NCBI RefSeq assembly: GCF_006345805.1
Contig: NC_043011.1
Coordinates: 30,392,464-30,456,463 of the forward strand
Reading direction: 5' to 3'
Source of the DNA: Octopus sinensis
Taxonomy: Eukaryota
Length of the DNA stretch: 64,000 bases
Under the pieces are notes generated by a model that saw only the letters and a list, made by a program, of their open reading frames with translations, was not told the DNA's origin and ran no database searches. Position numbers and translations under genes: made by a program. Below are positions 1-11,226 of this stretch, piece by piece. How positions within the stretch are numbered: position 1 is the first letter of the stretch; each line of letters begins with the position of its first letter.

Positions 1-65
1 AGTTGTATCTGTGTCATCAATAAACTGTTATTTCTATTTTTTATTTTTGTTTATGCGCCCTTTTC

Positions 66-340
66 ATGCCTAGCCTGGCTCATGGGCCTGGTTTCCCGGT
101 TTCTATGGCGGACGAGACGCCAGTCCATTGCAGCGTTACTCAAGAAACAGGAAAAAAGAGTGAGAGAAAGTTGGAGCAAAAGAGTAAAACAGGTGTCGCC
201 CCACCCCCCCCCCCTGCCGGAGCATCGTGGAGCTTTAGGTGTTTTCGCTCAATAAACACACACAGCGCCCGGTCTGGGAATCGAAACCGCAGTCCTCCGA
301 CCGCGATGTCCGCTGCCCTAACCACTAGGCCATTGCACCT
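66..340 (-). mobile_element. tRNA-derived SINE, family A
   Basis: Minus-strand head AGGTGCAATGGCCTAGTGGTTAGGGCAGCGGAC...GGTTTCGATTCCC (Pol III A/B boxes); body shared with copies at 2.5, 3.1, 13.7-14.8 and 63.4 kb. Confidence 0.85.
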
Positions 341-667
341 TCCCCCCAGCTATTTCTATATGATCTATTATATGCATACAGACATTAACTTCTGAAATAT
401 TCTACGTAAAATAGCAAAATATATCTAGACGGGTTTGGACAAAGAGGGTAGATAAATGTTCTACTAAGTGCAAGCTGGGACTTAATCAATCCACCAATCC
501 TGGCAGGGTCAATCAGGCCAGGTGATCAGGCGTTGAAAGATCGATACGCACTAGGGCTACAATAACGTCAACGATGATGCGTCCCGGAGAGTTCGTGGGC
601 TGACTCAAGGAACACGCACACACACACACACACACGCACGCGCGCGCGCACACACACACATTTATAT

Positions 668-821
668 ACACGATGGACTTCTTTTAGTTTCCGTCAACCA
701 AATCTACTCACAAGGCTTTGGTCGGCCAGAGGCTATAGCAGAAAACACCTGTCCAAGGTGCCACGAAGTGGGACTGAACCCGGACCCAAGTGAATGGGAT
801 GCAAGTTTCTTATCATACAGC
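668..821 (-). mobile_element. SINE family B (CORE-like), 5' half
   Basis: Reverse complement of GGTTCAGTCCCACT..GGCACCTTGG..CTATAGCCTC.GGCCGACCAAAGCCTTGTGAG; matches other family B copies. Confidence 0.8.
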
Positions 822-874
822 TAAAGCAAAAATCTACTTCAATAATAAACAGTAACGTGTGTGTGTGTGCGTGC

Positions 875-907
<33 letters not shown>

Positions 908-1012
908 CGTGCGTGCGTGTGTGCGTGTGTGTGTGTGTAATCTGAGTTACAGGGAGAGAAATTGCAGGAAGAGCAAACGAGCACATCATGCTTACATATT
1001 TGCTCACGTATA

Positions 1013-1072
<60 letters not shown>
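1013..1072. repeat. (TA)n microsatellite
   Basis: Pure TA run of about 60 bp; one of many in the window. Confidence 0.95.
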
Positions 1073-1076
<4 letters not shown>

Positions 1077-1102
1077 AGAAGCATATATTGATTAATATCA
1101 TT

Positions 1103-1215
1103 TCTACTCTAGGCACAAGGTCTTGAAATTTCCCCTGGTGCATAACTGGTACTTATTTCATCGACCCCGAAAGGATGAAAGGCAAAGTTGACCTTGGCGG
1201 AATTTGAACTCAGCA
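1103..1215 (-). mobile_element. SINE family C fragment
   Basis: CGACCCCGAAAGGATGAAAGGCAAAGTTGACCTTGGCGGAATTTGAACTCAG, the family C core. Confidence 0.8.
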
Positions 1216-1261
1216 TATATCGTTCAATATCATCGTCATCGTAGTGGTCGTCCGGCCGCCT

Positions 1262-1560
1262 TCCTTTGGCCGAGAAAGCAGGCAGTGTTTCGTGATCTGA
1301 TAGCTTCAGCAAAAGAAGCCGTGTGGTGGACAAGATTGAAAGGGTTAAACACATATACTATCTTGTTTGGCCAAGACCTCATCAACTTTTTCAAGTTTCG
1401 CCTGAAAAGGAAAGTGAGGGTAGAGAGGGAAGTGTTGCCTCCCAGCAATTTTATTAAAAGTTGGGTGAGTGCTGCATGAAGGTCCAAGTGAACGGGCCTG
1501 CTCTAAGCATTCGCCTGTAGGTTGAAGAAAGACGATGTCAAGTGGGCACTTTCCCTTAGT
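1262..1560 (+). mobile_element. Tx1/L1-like LINE, ORF2 C-terminal remnant
   Basis: AKEAVWWTRLKGLNTYTILFGQDLINFFKFRLKRKVRVEREVL; clearly homologous to the minus-strand peptide at 51.5-51.85 kb. Clade assignment is from recollection. Confidence 0.55.
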
Positions 1561-1802
1561 GGCTAGGGCGTCTATGGTTTTGTGGGATCTCTACGAGTTG
1601 CTCTAGGAAGTCTGCTCTTTTAGGAAATTATTTATTGTTATAATTTAAATCGCTGCTGTTTTTTTACTTTTTACACGCCTTTTATATAACCCCACATTGC
1701 ATTGTCCCATACTGTCCCCAATACTACTTTTTGTGAACCTATAGTGGTTAATAAAGAAAACATTATTATTATTATTAATATTATTGTTATCATTTTTATC
1801 AA

Positions 1803-2010
1803 GGCGGCGAGCTGGCAGAGTCGTTAGCACGCCGGGCAAAATGCCTAACAGCATTTCTTTATGCTCTGAGTTCGAATTCCGCCGAGGTCTACTTTGCTTT
1901 TCATCCTTTTGGGGTTGATAAAATAAGTACCAGTTGAACACTGGGGTCGATGTAATCGACTCATCCCCTCCCCCCAAAACTGCTGTCCTTGTGGAAAAAT
2001 TTGAAACCAT
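1803..2010 (+). mobile_element. tRNA-derived SINE, family C, near full length
   Basis: GGCGGCGAGCTGGCAGAGTCGTTAGCACGCCGGG...GAGTTCGAATTCCGCCGAGGTC.ACTTTGCTTTTCATCCTTTTGGGGTTGATAAAATAAGTACCAG; follows an (ATT)n tract. Confidence 0.85.
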
Positions 2011-2518
2011 TACTATAATTATTTTTACTGGTGTAATTGTTGTTGTTGCTGCTACGGTTGTAGTTGTTATTACACGTCACAGCCCGCGGCTATGGGGAAA
2101 GGGTGGTTGTTTATGGAGAATGATATTGAAATATCTGAGAGCTGGTATTTTCCTCTCAAATGAAGTAATCACTGTCTTGAAGTAGTACTTGAAGAAGAGA
2201 GACGTAAAACTCAAAGACGTATTAAGCTTTATATAATTACTCGAGTGGATTTATTTGGAGTTGAGCGCAGGTCTGGTTTCTAGGCAATTTTCTCTCCTTC
2301 TCTCTTATCTCTTTAGATATTTGAAAGTGATTTTCATTTATATTTGTCAGTTATAGTAGATCCTATGCTGAAGATATATAATGTATAAGACGATTGATGT
2401 AGCAAAGTAATTTTCAATAAACAAGTAATGACCTAGATTAGAATACATATGTATGTATGCATGTTTGTCTGTCTGTCTATCCGTCTGTACGTATGTATGT
2501 TTGTTTGTCTGTATGTGT

Positions 2519-2890
2519 GGAGGCGCAATGACCCAGTGGTTAGGGCAGCGGTCACGCGGTTTCGATTCCCAGACCGGGCGTTGTGAGTGTTTATTGAGCG
2601 AAAACACCTAAATCTCCACGAGGCTCTGGCAGGGGGTGATGGTGAACCCTGCTGTACTCTTTCACCACAACTTTCTCTCACACTTTCTTCCTGTTTCTGT
2701 TGTACCTGTATTTCAAAGGAGCCAGCCTTGTCACACTCTGTGTCACGCTGAATCTCCCCGAGAACTACGTTAAGGGTACACGTGTCTGTGGAGTACTCAG
2801 CCACTTGCACGTTAATTTCACGAGCAGGCTGTTCCGTTGATCGGATCCACTGGAACACTCGTCGTCGCAACCGATGGAGTGCCAACAAAT
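2519..2890 (+). mobile_element. SINE family A
   Basis: Head GGAGGCGCAATGACCCAGTGGTTAGGGCAGCGG; body matches the 13628-14012 copy. Confidence 0.85.
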
Positions 2891-2904
2891 GTATGCATGT
2901 CATC

Positions 2905-3193
2905 GTCACCGTGACCAACCATTGTGACCATCGCTGGTCACAATGCGCATCGCATTGTTTTAGCCTTCAAATGACGCCACCCCACTGGCTAAGCGAGCAG
3001 GCCAACAGAAGAAAGTGTGAGAGAAAGTTATGGCGAAAGAGTACAGCAGGGATCGCCACCACTCTCTATCGGAGCCCCGTGGCTTTTATGAGTTTTTCGC
3101 TCAATAAACACTCACAACGCCCAGTTTGGGAATCGAAACCGCGATCCTACGACCGCAAGTCCGCTGCCCTAACCACTGGGCCATTGCGCCTCC
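2905..3193 (-). mobile_element. SINE family A, 5' part
   Basis: Reverse complement of the family A head ends at 3193 (CCATTGCGCCTCC). Confidence 0.85.
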
Positions 3194-3204
3194 ACATGTA
3201 TGTA

Positions 3205-3620
3205 TGTTTGCTGCAGTCATTAGTCTGCAGTCATGCTGGAATACAGCCTTGAAGAATTTTAGTTGGCAAAATCGACTTCAGTACTTATTTTCTTTTAGCA
3301 TATCGGTCTCTTTTTGCCGATCACCGCTAAGTTACGGGGACACAAACACACCAACACTGGTTGTCAAGCGATGGTGGGGGACAACTATAGGCACAAAGGC
3401 ACTAATACACAGTTCTCCCCCGCCACACACACACACATGCGCCCACAGTACAGGCATATGATGAGCTTCTTTCAGTTTCCATCAACCGAATCCACTCACA
3501 AGGCTTTAGTCGGCCCATAGTTATAGTAGGAAACACTTGCCCAAGGTGCCACACACTAGGAGTGAACCCAGAACCATGTGGTTGGGAAGAAAACTCCTTA
3601 CCACACGGCCACGCCTGCGC
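3205..3620 (-). mobile_element. SINE family B, composite full length
   Basis: Head GCGCAGGCGTGGCCGTGTGGTAAGG on minus; tail half ...GACTAATGACTGCAGCAAAC. Confidence 0.8.
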
Positions 3621-3639
3621 ATATATATATATATATATA

Positions 3640-3962
3640 GAAAATAGTAAAAAGTGAAAAAACTACAGAAGGTTTGTTTTAAAAGGTTAAAAAATATATT
3701 TGTGTCATTATGTCAGAAGAATGTTATTAAATTTTTTCATACAGTGACATAGTTTTTGAAGAAATTACCGGTTTCGTGTTAACTTTTCAAATTTCTCAAA
3801 ACATCGTGTTATGTCTTCGTTATGAAGTGTAAAGAAGAGTTAAAAACATCGTGTTATGTCTTCGTTATGAAGTGTAAAAAAGAGTTCCAAGTAAGGGGAG
3901 GTAATAAGTGATTTCTTCCGGTATAAGGGAGATAATCGCTTTATATTTATTTTCCCTTTTAT
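3640..3962 (-). mobile_element. Penelope 3' pseudo-LTR region with degenerate hammerhead motif and 43-bp internal duplication
   Basis: Minus 3797-3759 reads GAGAAAT-TTGAAAA-GTTAACAC-GAAA-CCGG-TA-ATTTCTT; AAAACATCGTGTTATGTCTTCGTTATGAAGTGTAAA.AAGAGTT occurs twice. Confidence 0.55.
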
Positions 3963-4965
3963 TTAATGGGGTGAGTTTCTCTGTATAAGAATGTTAGAGT
4001 GGTTAAGTTTGAGCTTATATTTTTCAATGAAGAATGTTTCCTTGTTTAGTCTAGTTTGTGTTGGTGTTCCAATAGCACATTGATAAAATGGAAAGATTAA
4101 AAATTGTGGTAGTAGTTGCTTTGCGCATTTCTCAATATGCTCACTAAAGGGTATCATTCTGTATTCTGGGAATGCAATCTGTTGTCGATGCAGTGTGCAT
4201 CTACGTCTAAGTGATAGTCCTGTGGACCCCACGTAGTTTTGGTGGCAGCCCGAGCATCTTATGACATAAATTATGTTTTCAGAAGCACAAGTAAAATTAG
4301 ATTTGATCTTGAATTTTTGTTCCTCTTTGAAGAGGAATTCTGATCCTTCTAGAAGGTTTGGGCATGTTGCGCAGTTTGGTCTACCACATTTTTTTACTTT
4401 TGCATCCGTAATTTCAGAAAACAATTTTGCCTTTGTGAGAATCTTTTTAAGTGATTTAGGTTGTTTGTAGCTTTTAATGATTTTATGTATGTTTAGAATT
4501 TCCTTTAATTTGGGGTCCTTATGAAGTATTGGTAAATTCTGGGTGATGATGGTGAAGGCTTCTTTGTTTCTGGGGTTGTATGTGGATATGTAAGGCAGTA
4601 TTTTCGGGGAAGGTGTGTTGTTGTGTTGAACTTTTCTCAAAGTTTCTATGTCGATTTCTGTTGCACGTTTGATCCCATCCTCTATGAGTTGAGCTGGGTA
4701 GTGTCTGTCAATTAGGGTGTTTCTGAGTTCTTGTAGTCTAAAGTTCCTGGTATTTTGTTCTGACACTATTGTGCATATCCTTCTTGCAATGTTGAAAGGG
4801 ATGTTTGTTTTAGTGTGTCTTGGGTGGCATGAATCAAAAAGTAGGTATTGTTTAGCGTCTGTGGCTTTGTAAAAAATGTCTGTTTCTATTTTAAGGTTAA
4901 TTTTTTTAATTAGTATATCTAAGAACGGAAGCTCCTTTTGGTTGTATTCCATTGTGAACTGTATG
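3963..4965 (-). mobile_element. Penelope-like element (Neptune-like), 5'-truncated: RT thumb, Cys linker and GIY-YIG endonuclease
   Basis: Open 329-aa frame: FTMEY..ELPFLDILI..TDIFYKATDAKQYLLFDSCHPRH (PLE RT end), KCGRPNCATC (Cys linker), FTCASENIIYVIRC..C..NYVGSTG..LRRR...H (GIY-YIG). Confidence 0.9.
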
Positions 4966-5188
4966 CATGCATGTATGCATGTATCTATCTATATAATATA
5001 TATATACATATACATATATATATATACATGTGTGTGTGTGTGTGTGCGTGCGCGCGCGCGCGCTCTCTCGCAGACTGGCGCGCGAACAGACACTCAAATA
5101 AATGAATAAATAATGTATTTTATACATACATATCTACCTACCTACCTACATACATACATACATACACGCACATATGTATACATATAAT

Positions 5189-5229
<41 letters not shown>

Positions 5230-5911
5230 TCATATATCTATATATATATATATATATATAATATGTGAGTGTGCGCGCGTGTGTGTACAATGTGAATGTA
5301 TGTGCTTGCTTGAGTGTGTAAGTGTAAGTACATATTAATGGTGTACACAATATATAGATTCGAACAATTAAACAAAAAAATATATATGTTGGGTATGTAG
5401 AATACGTTATATATGTGTATCTGTATGTGCGTTTATGAATGTGTATGTGTGCGTGTGAGTAAGACAGGAAAAGACAGAAAGAGAGGAGAGAAAGTGAGAA
5501 ATGTGTAGAGAGCGCCAAACACCGCTTCCCATATATCAATGTTTCACCATTGAAGTATCTTTTATGTCAGCGGGGGCCAATCTATTGCATATGCACCAAA
5601 AGTAGCTCGACATTTGATTAGAAATGGAGCCTTGCGTACCTGTTTATACTTACAACAACAACTAACAACTTATTCCACCTCCTTCCTTCCTCCCCGATTG
5701 CCCATGCGCGGTTACTTGTCTGCCTCATCGCTTTTGCGCGCTAAACATATAACAATCGTTATGTTGGACAATCATTGCTGTCACAGTTTTATAGTTTTTT
5801 TTTAGTATACGTTTGATCATTATTTGATTCTGAGACTGAAGTCGGCGGCGCTCCACCGCACCTTGTTTCCGGCTGGTTTACCGTGGAAATTCTATGTGAT
5901 ACTTTTCTTTT

Positions 5912-6357
5912 ATTTCTTTTACTTGTTTCAGTCATTAGACTGCGGCAATGCTGGGACACCACTTTGAAGATTTTTTAGCCAAATGAATCGACTCCAATTC
6001 TTATTCTATTAGTCGGTTTTGCCGAATCGCTAAGTTACGGGGACATAAACACATCCACATCGGTTGTTAAGCGGTGGTGGGGTCAAACACAGACCCCACC
6101 ACATATATATATTCATATATATATGTGAGTGTGTGTGTGTGTGGGGGGGGGTCAAACACAGAACCCCCCCATATATATATTCGTATATATATATATATAC
6201 GACGGGCTTCTTCCAATTTCCGTCTACCAAATCTACTTGCAAAGTTTTGGTCGGCCCCGGGCCTGTAATAGCAGACACTACTTGCCCAACGTGCCACGCA
6301 GTGGGACTGAACCCGGAACCATGTGGTTAGAAAGCAAGCTTCTTACCACGCAGCCAT
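5912..6357 (-). mobile_element. SINE family B
   Basis: Both halves present on minus, separated by (TA)/(TG) microsatellite. Confidence 0.85.
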
Positions 6358-6633
6358 GACGTATCGTTCATTCTTTGCGAACATTTGTGAGATTTCAGTT
6401 TTCTTTTCAAAAATTAAGCCTTGTTTTTCTATGTTATCTTCTTTAGTACAGAAGATGCAGAAAAGCAAAGCGAGAAGTGAAAGTAAGCTTGAATTCACTG
6501 AACAGAGGGAAAAATTATCTGCTATTGTACCGGGTACTTCAGGCAAACTGATGCGCATTGATTCTGATTTTCTCGTATAATGAAAATGGAATCATAATAC
6601 ACACAAGAAGATACACTAGCATACACTACTATA

Positions 6634-6795
6634 GGCGTAGGAGTGGCTGTGTGTTAAGTAGCTTGCTTATCAACCACATGGTCCCGGGTTCAGTCCCACT
6701 ACATGGCACCTTGGGCAAGTGTCTTCTACTATAGCCTCGGGCCGACCAAAGCCTTGTGAGTGGATTTGGTAGACGGAAACTGAAAGAAGCCCGTC

Positions 6796-6832
<37 letters not shown>

Positions 6833-7049
6833 TGTGTGTGTATATGTTTGTGTGTCTGTGTTTGTTCCCCCAACACTGCTTGACAACCAATGCTAGTGTG
6901 TTTACGTCCCCGTAACTTAACGGTTCGGCAAAAGAGACTGATAAAATAAGTACTAGGCTTACAAAGAATAAGTCCTGGGGTCAATTTGCTCGACTAAAGG
7001 CGGTGCTTCATCATGGCCACAGTCAAATGACTGAAACAAGTAAAGGAGT
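6634..7049 (+). mobile_element. SINE family B (CORE-like)
   Basis: GGCGTAGGAGTGGCTGTGTG.TAAGTAGCTTGC...GGTTCAGTCCC...CACCTTGGGCAAGTGTCTTC (resembles the CORE-SINE ACCTTGGGCAAGT motif); tail GACTGAAACAAGTAAAGGAG. Confidence 0.9.
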
Positions 7050-7819
7050 ACCATACTAAAATAGTGGGGAATCTGAAGCTAGTGCTTAGGTTTGAGTCAA
7101 AGAAAGGTTATGGGATTAAGAAAAAGAGAGAATCGAAAGACAAGATATGTTTGTTTGGGGAGGTTTTGAAAATTTGGTGAAGAAAGAAGCTACTTATGAA
7201 ACTGTTTCAAGAAGATATTTAAAAAAATGGAAGTATTTTTCTGGAGGAAAAGAAATTTTTAGGTCATGTCTCCAAATATTTGCAGGTTTGGTGATAAAAC
7301 TATCGGAAGAAAAAATAGGCGGGATTCGCTGATGAGGCGAAACAAAGCGGGAACGTGTGTTCTACTCCCTAGTGACGTCATTCATAGTCCCGATTGCTGT
7401 GTTTTCATACACATTGTTTATGAGAAAATTTTCTCTACCGAGATAGTTACAGCAGCGAAGGTCTTTCTGTGTTTGAATATAAAAGAATATATTAAATATG
7501 AATGTACACAAGCCTAAATAGAAAACACAAGCTTAAATAAAAATGTCAAACTTTTCTTTGGGCAATAAAATTCAATAAAGAAATGTGATGGTTGCGATAA
7601 CGTTGTTCTAAAAATAAAGTTCCTAAATTAAGAACGAAGAGCCTATACAAATATGTATAAAATCTAAACAAAATATGTTTACACATTAATAATAATGTAG
7701 ATAAAGGAATATTCGATAGTATAAATAAAGAAAAACTGATAATTGAACAAGAATACACAGTAAACACTACACACACACTCCCATATATGTATGTATATAC
7801 TCTACTCCATAGATATATA

Positions 7820-8069
7820 TTAGGTTGGTGCATAATTATTGCGGCATTTTTAATAAATTTTATTCAGCAAGAACAATAACAACATCTAACAAAAACATCT
7901 TTAAATGATTATTCCGGAGCATATTCACCATCTACTTCAATTACTGCTTCCCATTTGATTGGCAGCCGGTCGGAATAATCATTTAAAGATGTTTTTCTTA
8001 AATGTTGTTATTGTTTTTGTTGAATAAAATTTATTGAAAAAAAGCCGCAATAATTATGCACCAACCTTA
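7820..8069. mobile_element. mariner-family MITE (Hsmar1/MADE1-like TIR), foldback
   Basis: TA|TTAGGTTGGTGCATAATTATTGCGGC ... GCCGCAATAATTATGCACCAACCTTA|TA; inverted arms of about 98 bp; centre encodes LPIKWEAVIEVDGEYAPE* on minus. Confidence 0.9.
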
Positions 8070-10145
8070 TATATAAATGGATGTTTGTGTGTAAAATATA
8101 CGTAAGCATATACACGGGCATATATCCAAATATATTATTTATTTGCATTAGAAATATTACACCCACCACTCAGAACAACCCAGGAAATGTAACTTTGAAT
8201 TAGATATATATTAGAATTGGCAAGGCAAAAAAATATTTTATTTATTAAAAGAAATCCAAATTTCTTTTGTATTTGTATGAAGAAAAACATTTTCTACAAT
8301 ATTGCTAGCTGTGAAATATAAAGGGAATGCTGGTGAACAAAAACCAAGGAATCTAAAAGTATAATATAAACATTCAAATACATTACGGCAAATGTATTCA
8401 TGTCAACTCAAACATACAAGTATTGGTAAACGGAAAGTAATGAATTAAAATACAATGTAAACAAATATGATGTACACAAACACACACTTATATTCATAAT
8501 TATTACATACATTTATATTTAGATACGAGGCTATGCTTTCAATAAGTACATATTTAGCCTCGCCTTAAAAGATAAATTCTGTTGTTAAACCAGGTCTTTT
8601 TCTGTGTTTCTAGAAAAAGGAGATAGACCTGGTTAGTTTCGCTGCTTTGTTTCTCACTTCAACAGTGATTGGTTACTCATTTTCCTAATCATAGTAGTTC
8701 ACTGCTATCTATAGTACACACAAACTCAAAAAATAAACAAACTAGTCAGCTCAAATTTTCACAACAATACAATTGTTGGCAATGATTATGATTAACAAAG
8801 AGGGGGGCTTTGGTGCGTTAAGCTAGAGACTAAGATAAGCTCAATTGATTGGCATAAAAACACTCATAGACACATTCACCTTTAACCTCTCTTTCTATCT
8901 CTTCTACTGTAACTATAATGGCCTCTGTTCCGCCGGCTTAGACACGCTCTTCCTTCTCTTACTATCCATGTTGTGACACTTCAAGACACGCTCTAACCGC
9001 TACACCCAGTGTCCCTGTCCCTAGGACATTGGTTCTTAGGATTTCCTTCTACCTCATATCTTCCCAGCAGGTATTCATTCACGACAGTTAAAACAGAACA
9101 TTGACAGTTTCGTGGGCCTGAAAAGGTCACGGGCCCTCTTCTTCCAACAGAACCAGCAACAATAAAAACTAAAACTTACTGTCGTGAACCCACGGCAACT
9201 AGTCAAGCCGATTTCTATTTTCTTGACAAAGGGAGAAAAAAGTATGAGCCTTAAAAATATGTATCTACTTTTCACGACGAGGCTAACAATATGCGATTAC
9301 TAACCCCTTCCCCGTAAGTTTACCTTATATTCATATACACAGACATCTCAAAAGTAAATAAATCAAACCTCATAATACCGTTTTATTTGTAGTGACACTC
9401 CTGATACTTCAAAATTGATAATGTATTATGCACAAGGCATGTCTACTAAATACCAGATTAAGTATTTAAATGCATCATATTGACATTATTTTGTTTCTAG
9501 AAATAAATCTCTCGTAAACCATTGAGATGTCTGTGTACATATATTCTGCAACAACCATATCATTGGCATGTAAAAACAGAATTGCGATAGACGTTAACAG
9601 AAAGAATGAGAAGATGAGAAAAACTATGGGGTTTATGTAGAGCAGCGCACGAGAAAGTAGCTCGTGTTCCGTTGCATACTAAACAGACGCGAAAAGGCAG
9701 CCAGCCTTTCTTTTGTGTCATTGTGTTATTTCGATCGCTTGTAACAGAGGCCATGTGTCGTAATCTACTCACTTGCTCTTGTCATCCACTTTTAATTGTT
9801 GTACAGATGTGAAACGATATTGCTTCGACTTTAAACTTTCCAACACTAGTTGGCATGATCTCTTGCTGCGCCAATTTACGTGTTGACTTCTTTGGACTTC
9901 GAGAAATTCTTTGGCGACTGTCCTGAATAGTTTTGGGCGTTCAAACTGTAGGGTCCCTTTTTTTTTTTGTGTGTGTGTGTGTGTGTATGTGTGCGTGTGT
10001 GTGTGAGTGTGTTATGTATATATTTATGTATGTATATATATATAGTTTCAGTAAAAATTTAGATTCACATGAATATGGCACTTAAGTTGAAGACACCAGA
10101 ATTTAGTATGGTATTATGCATACAATTTAAAATAAGGTGATTATG

Positions 10146-10350
10146 ATCAAAATAAGCAACAAGGATATCCAGAGGTAATGCAGTACGATCGTTTCATGCG
10201 ACCTCATTTAATTGAACAATGCAAACATTACATTAATTTAAAATGGTCTACATTTTAAATTGATGTAATGTTTGCATTGTTCAATTAAATGGAGTCGCAT
10301 GAAACGATCGTACTGCATTACCTCCGGATATCCTTGTTGCTTATTGTGAT
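10146..10350. repeat. Near-perfect ~100-bp-arm hairpin with 5-nt loop
   Basis: ATCAAAATAAGCAACAAGGATATCC...TTTAAAATG-GTCTA-CATTTTAAA...GGATATCCTTGTTGCTTATTGTGAT. Confidence 0.9.
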
Positions 10351-10643
10351 TATATATATATATATATACCTGTGTACGCGATATGGCTACATCTATTATC
10401 TTTTACGTGCTTCCCTCATTGAACTGCGGCCATACTCGGGCACCGCTTTGAAGGGATTAGTCGAATAAATCGACAACAGTACTTATTTTTTTCGTTTTAA
10501 AAGGTCTGCTACTTATTTCATGGGTCACTTTTCTGAAGCATTAAGTTAACTGGGAAGCAATTTTGTAGTTCTACTCTGATTTACCATAACGTTTACATAC
10601 ATATATGGCTTCTTGCAGGCTCCATCTGCCAACATTACATTTA

Positions 10644-10860
10644 CAGTAATCCCTCGCTATATCGAGGTTCACTTATCGCGGTTCACCTACACCGGTTTAT
10701 CATTTAAGCTTACGTCGATTCTTCCGTGGTGTTGTTTTGCATTTATAATAAAATAAATATATACAAATTATAAAAATAGTACAACACTGTTTCTACTGCG
10801 TGGATTTTCACCTATCGCGGTCGGGTTGAGAGCTGGAACGTAACACTCGAGGGATAACTG
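10644..10860 (+). mobile_element. pogo/Tigger-type MITE
   Basis: TA|CAGTAATCCCTCG...CGAGGGATAACTG|TA; a second copy lies on minus at about 48570-48770. Confidence 0.75.
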
Positions 10861-11159
10861 TATTACGTAATTCTGTACCCAACCCCGGCCCCCAAACAGT
10901 TATCGGACCTGAAACATTATACCCGCTCCTCTTTCCTTTCTGTAATTCTTCGTACTCTATGTAAATCTGTTCTGTAAGTATATAAGTATCTATATGCTTA
11001 TTCATAAATGCTGAATTTGAACCAGTGGCCTAGCATACTTAAAAAATGTCCGAAGACTATGAATTATATTACCTAAATAAATAAGAGGGCTGGCCACCAA
11101 GGTGGATTCCTTATAGGCTAAAAGAAGACGCCAAGACATAAATTATATGTCCAGCAACG

Positions 11160-11226
11160 ACTTTACTGAAGAGCTATGGATGATCACGTTAGGGATCATT
11201 GACAGCGAAATCTTAAGGTATGGAGT
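11160..11226 (+). ncRNA. Type I minimal hammerhead ribozyme motif (PLE-type)
   Basis: ACTTTA-CTGAAGA-GCT(ATGGATGATCACGTTAGGGATCATTGAC)AGC-GAAA-TCTTAAG-GTA-TGGAGT: full core, stems I and II pair (stem I with GU), palindromic stem III, GUA cleavage triplet. Confidence 0.65.

Noticed and set aside
2519-2580. tRNA-like sequences at SINE heads (also 14028 and 63391)
   Set aside because: A/B boxes are present but there is no complete cloverleaf, and they continue into SINE bodies; not tRNA genes
7329-7380. CTGATGAGGCGAAAC (HHR-like) and a TGACGTCA CRE site
   Set aside because: No room for a stem II loop and no NUH/stem I; a lone 8-mer is expected by chance
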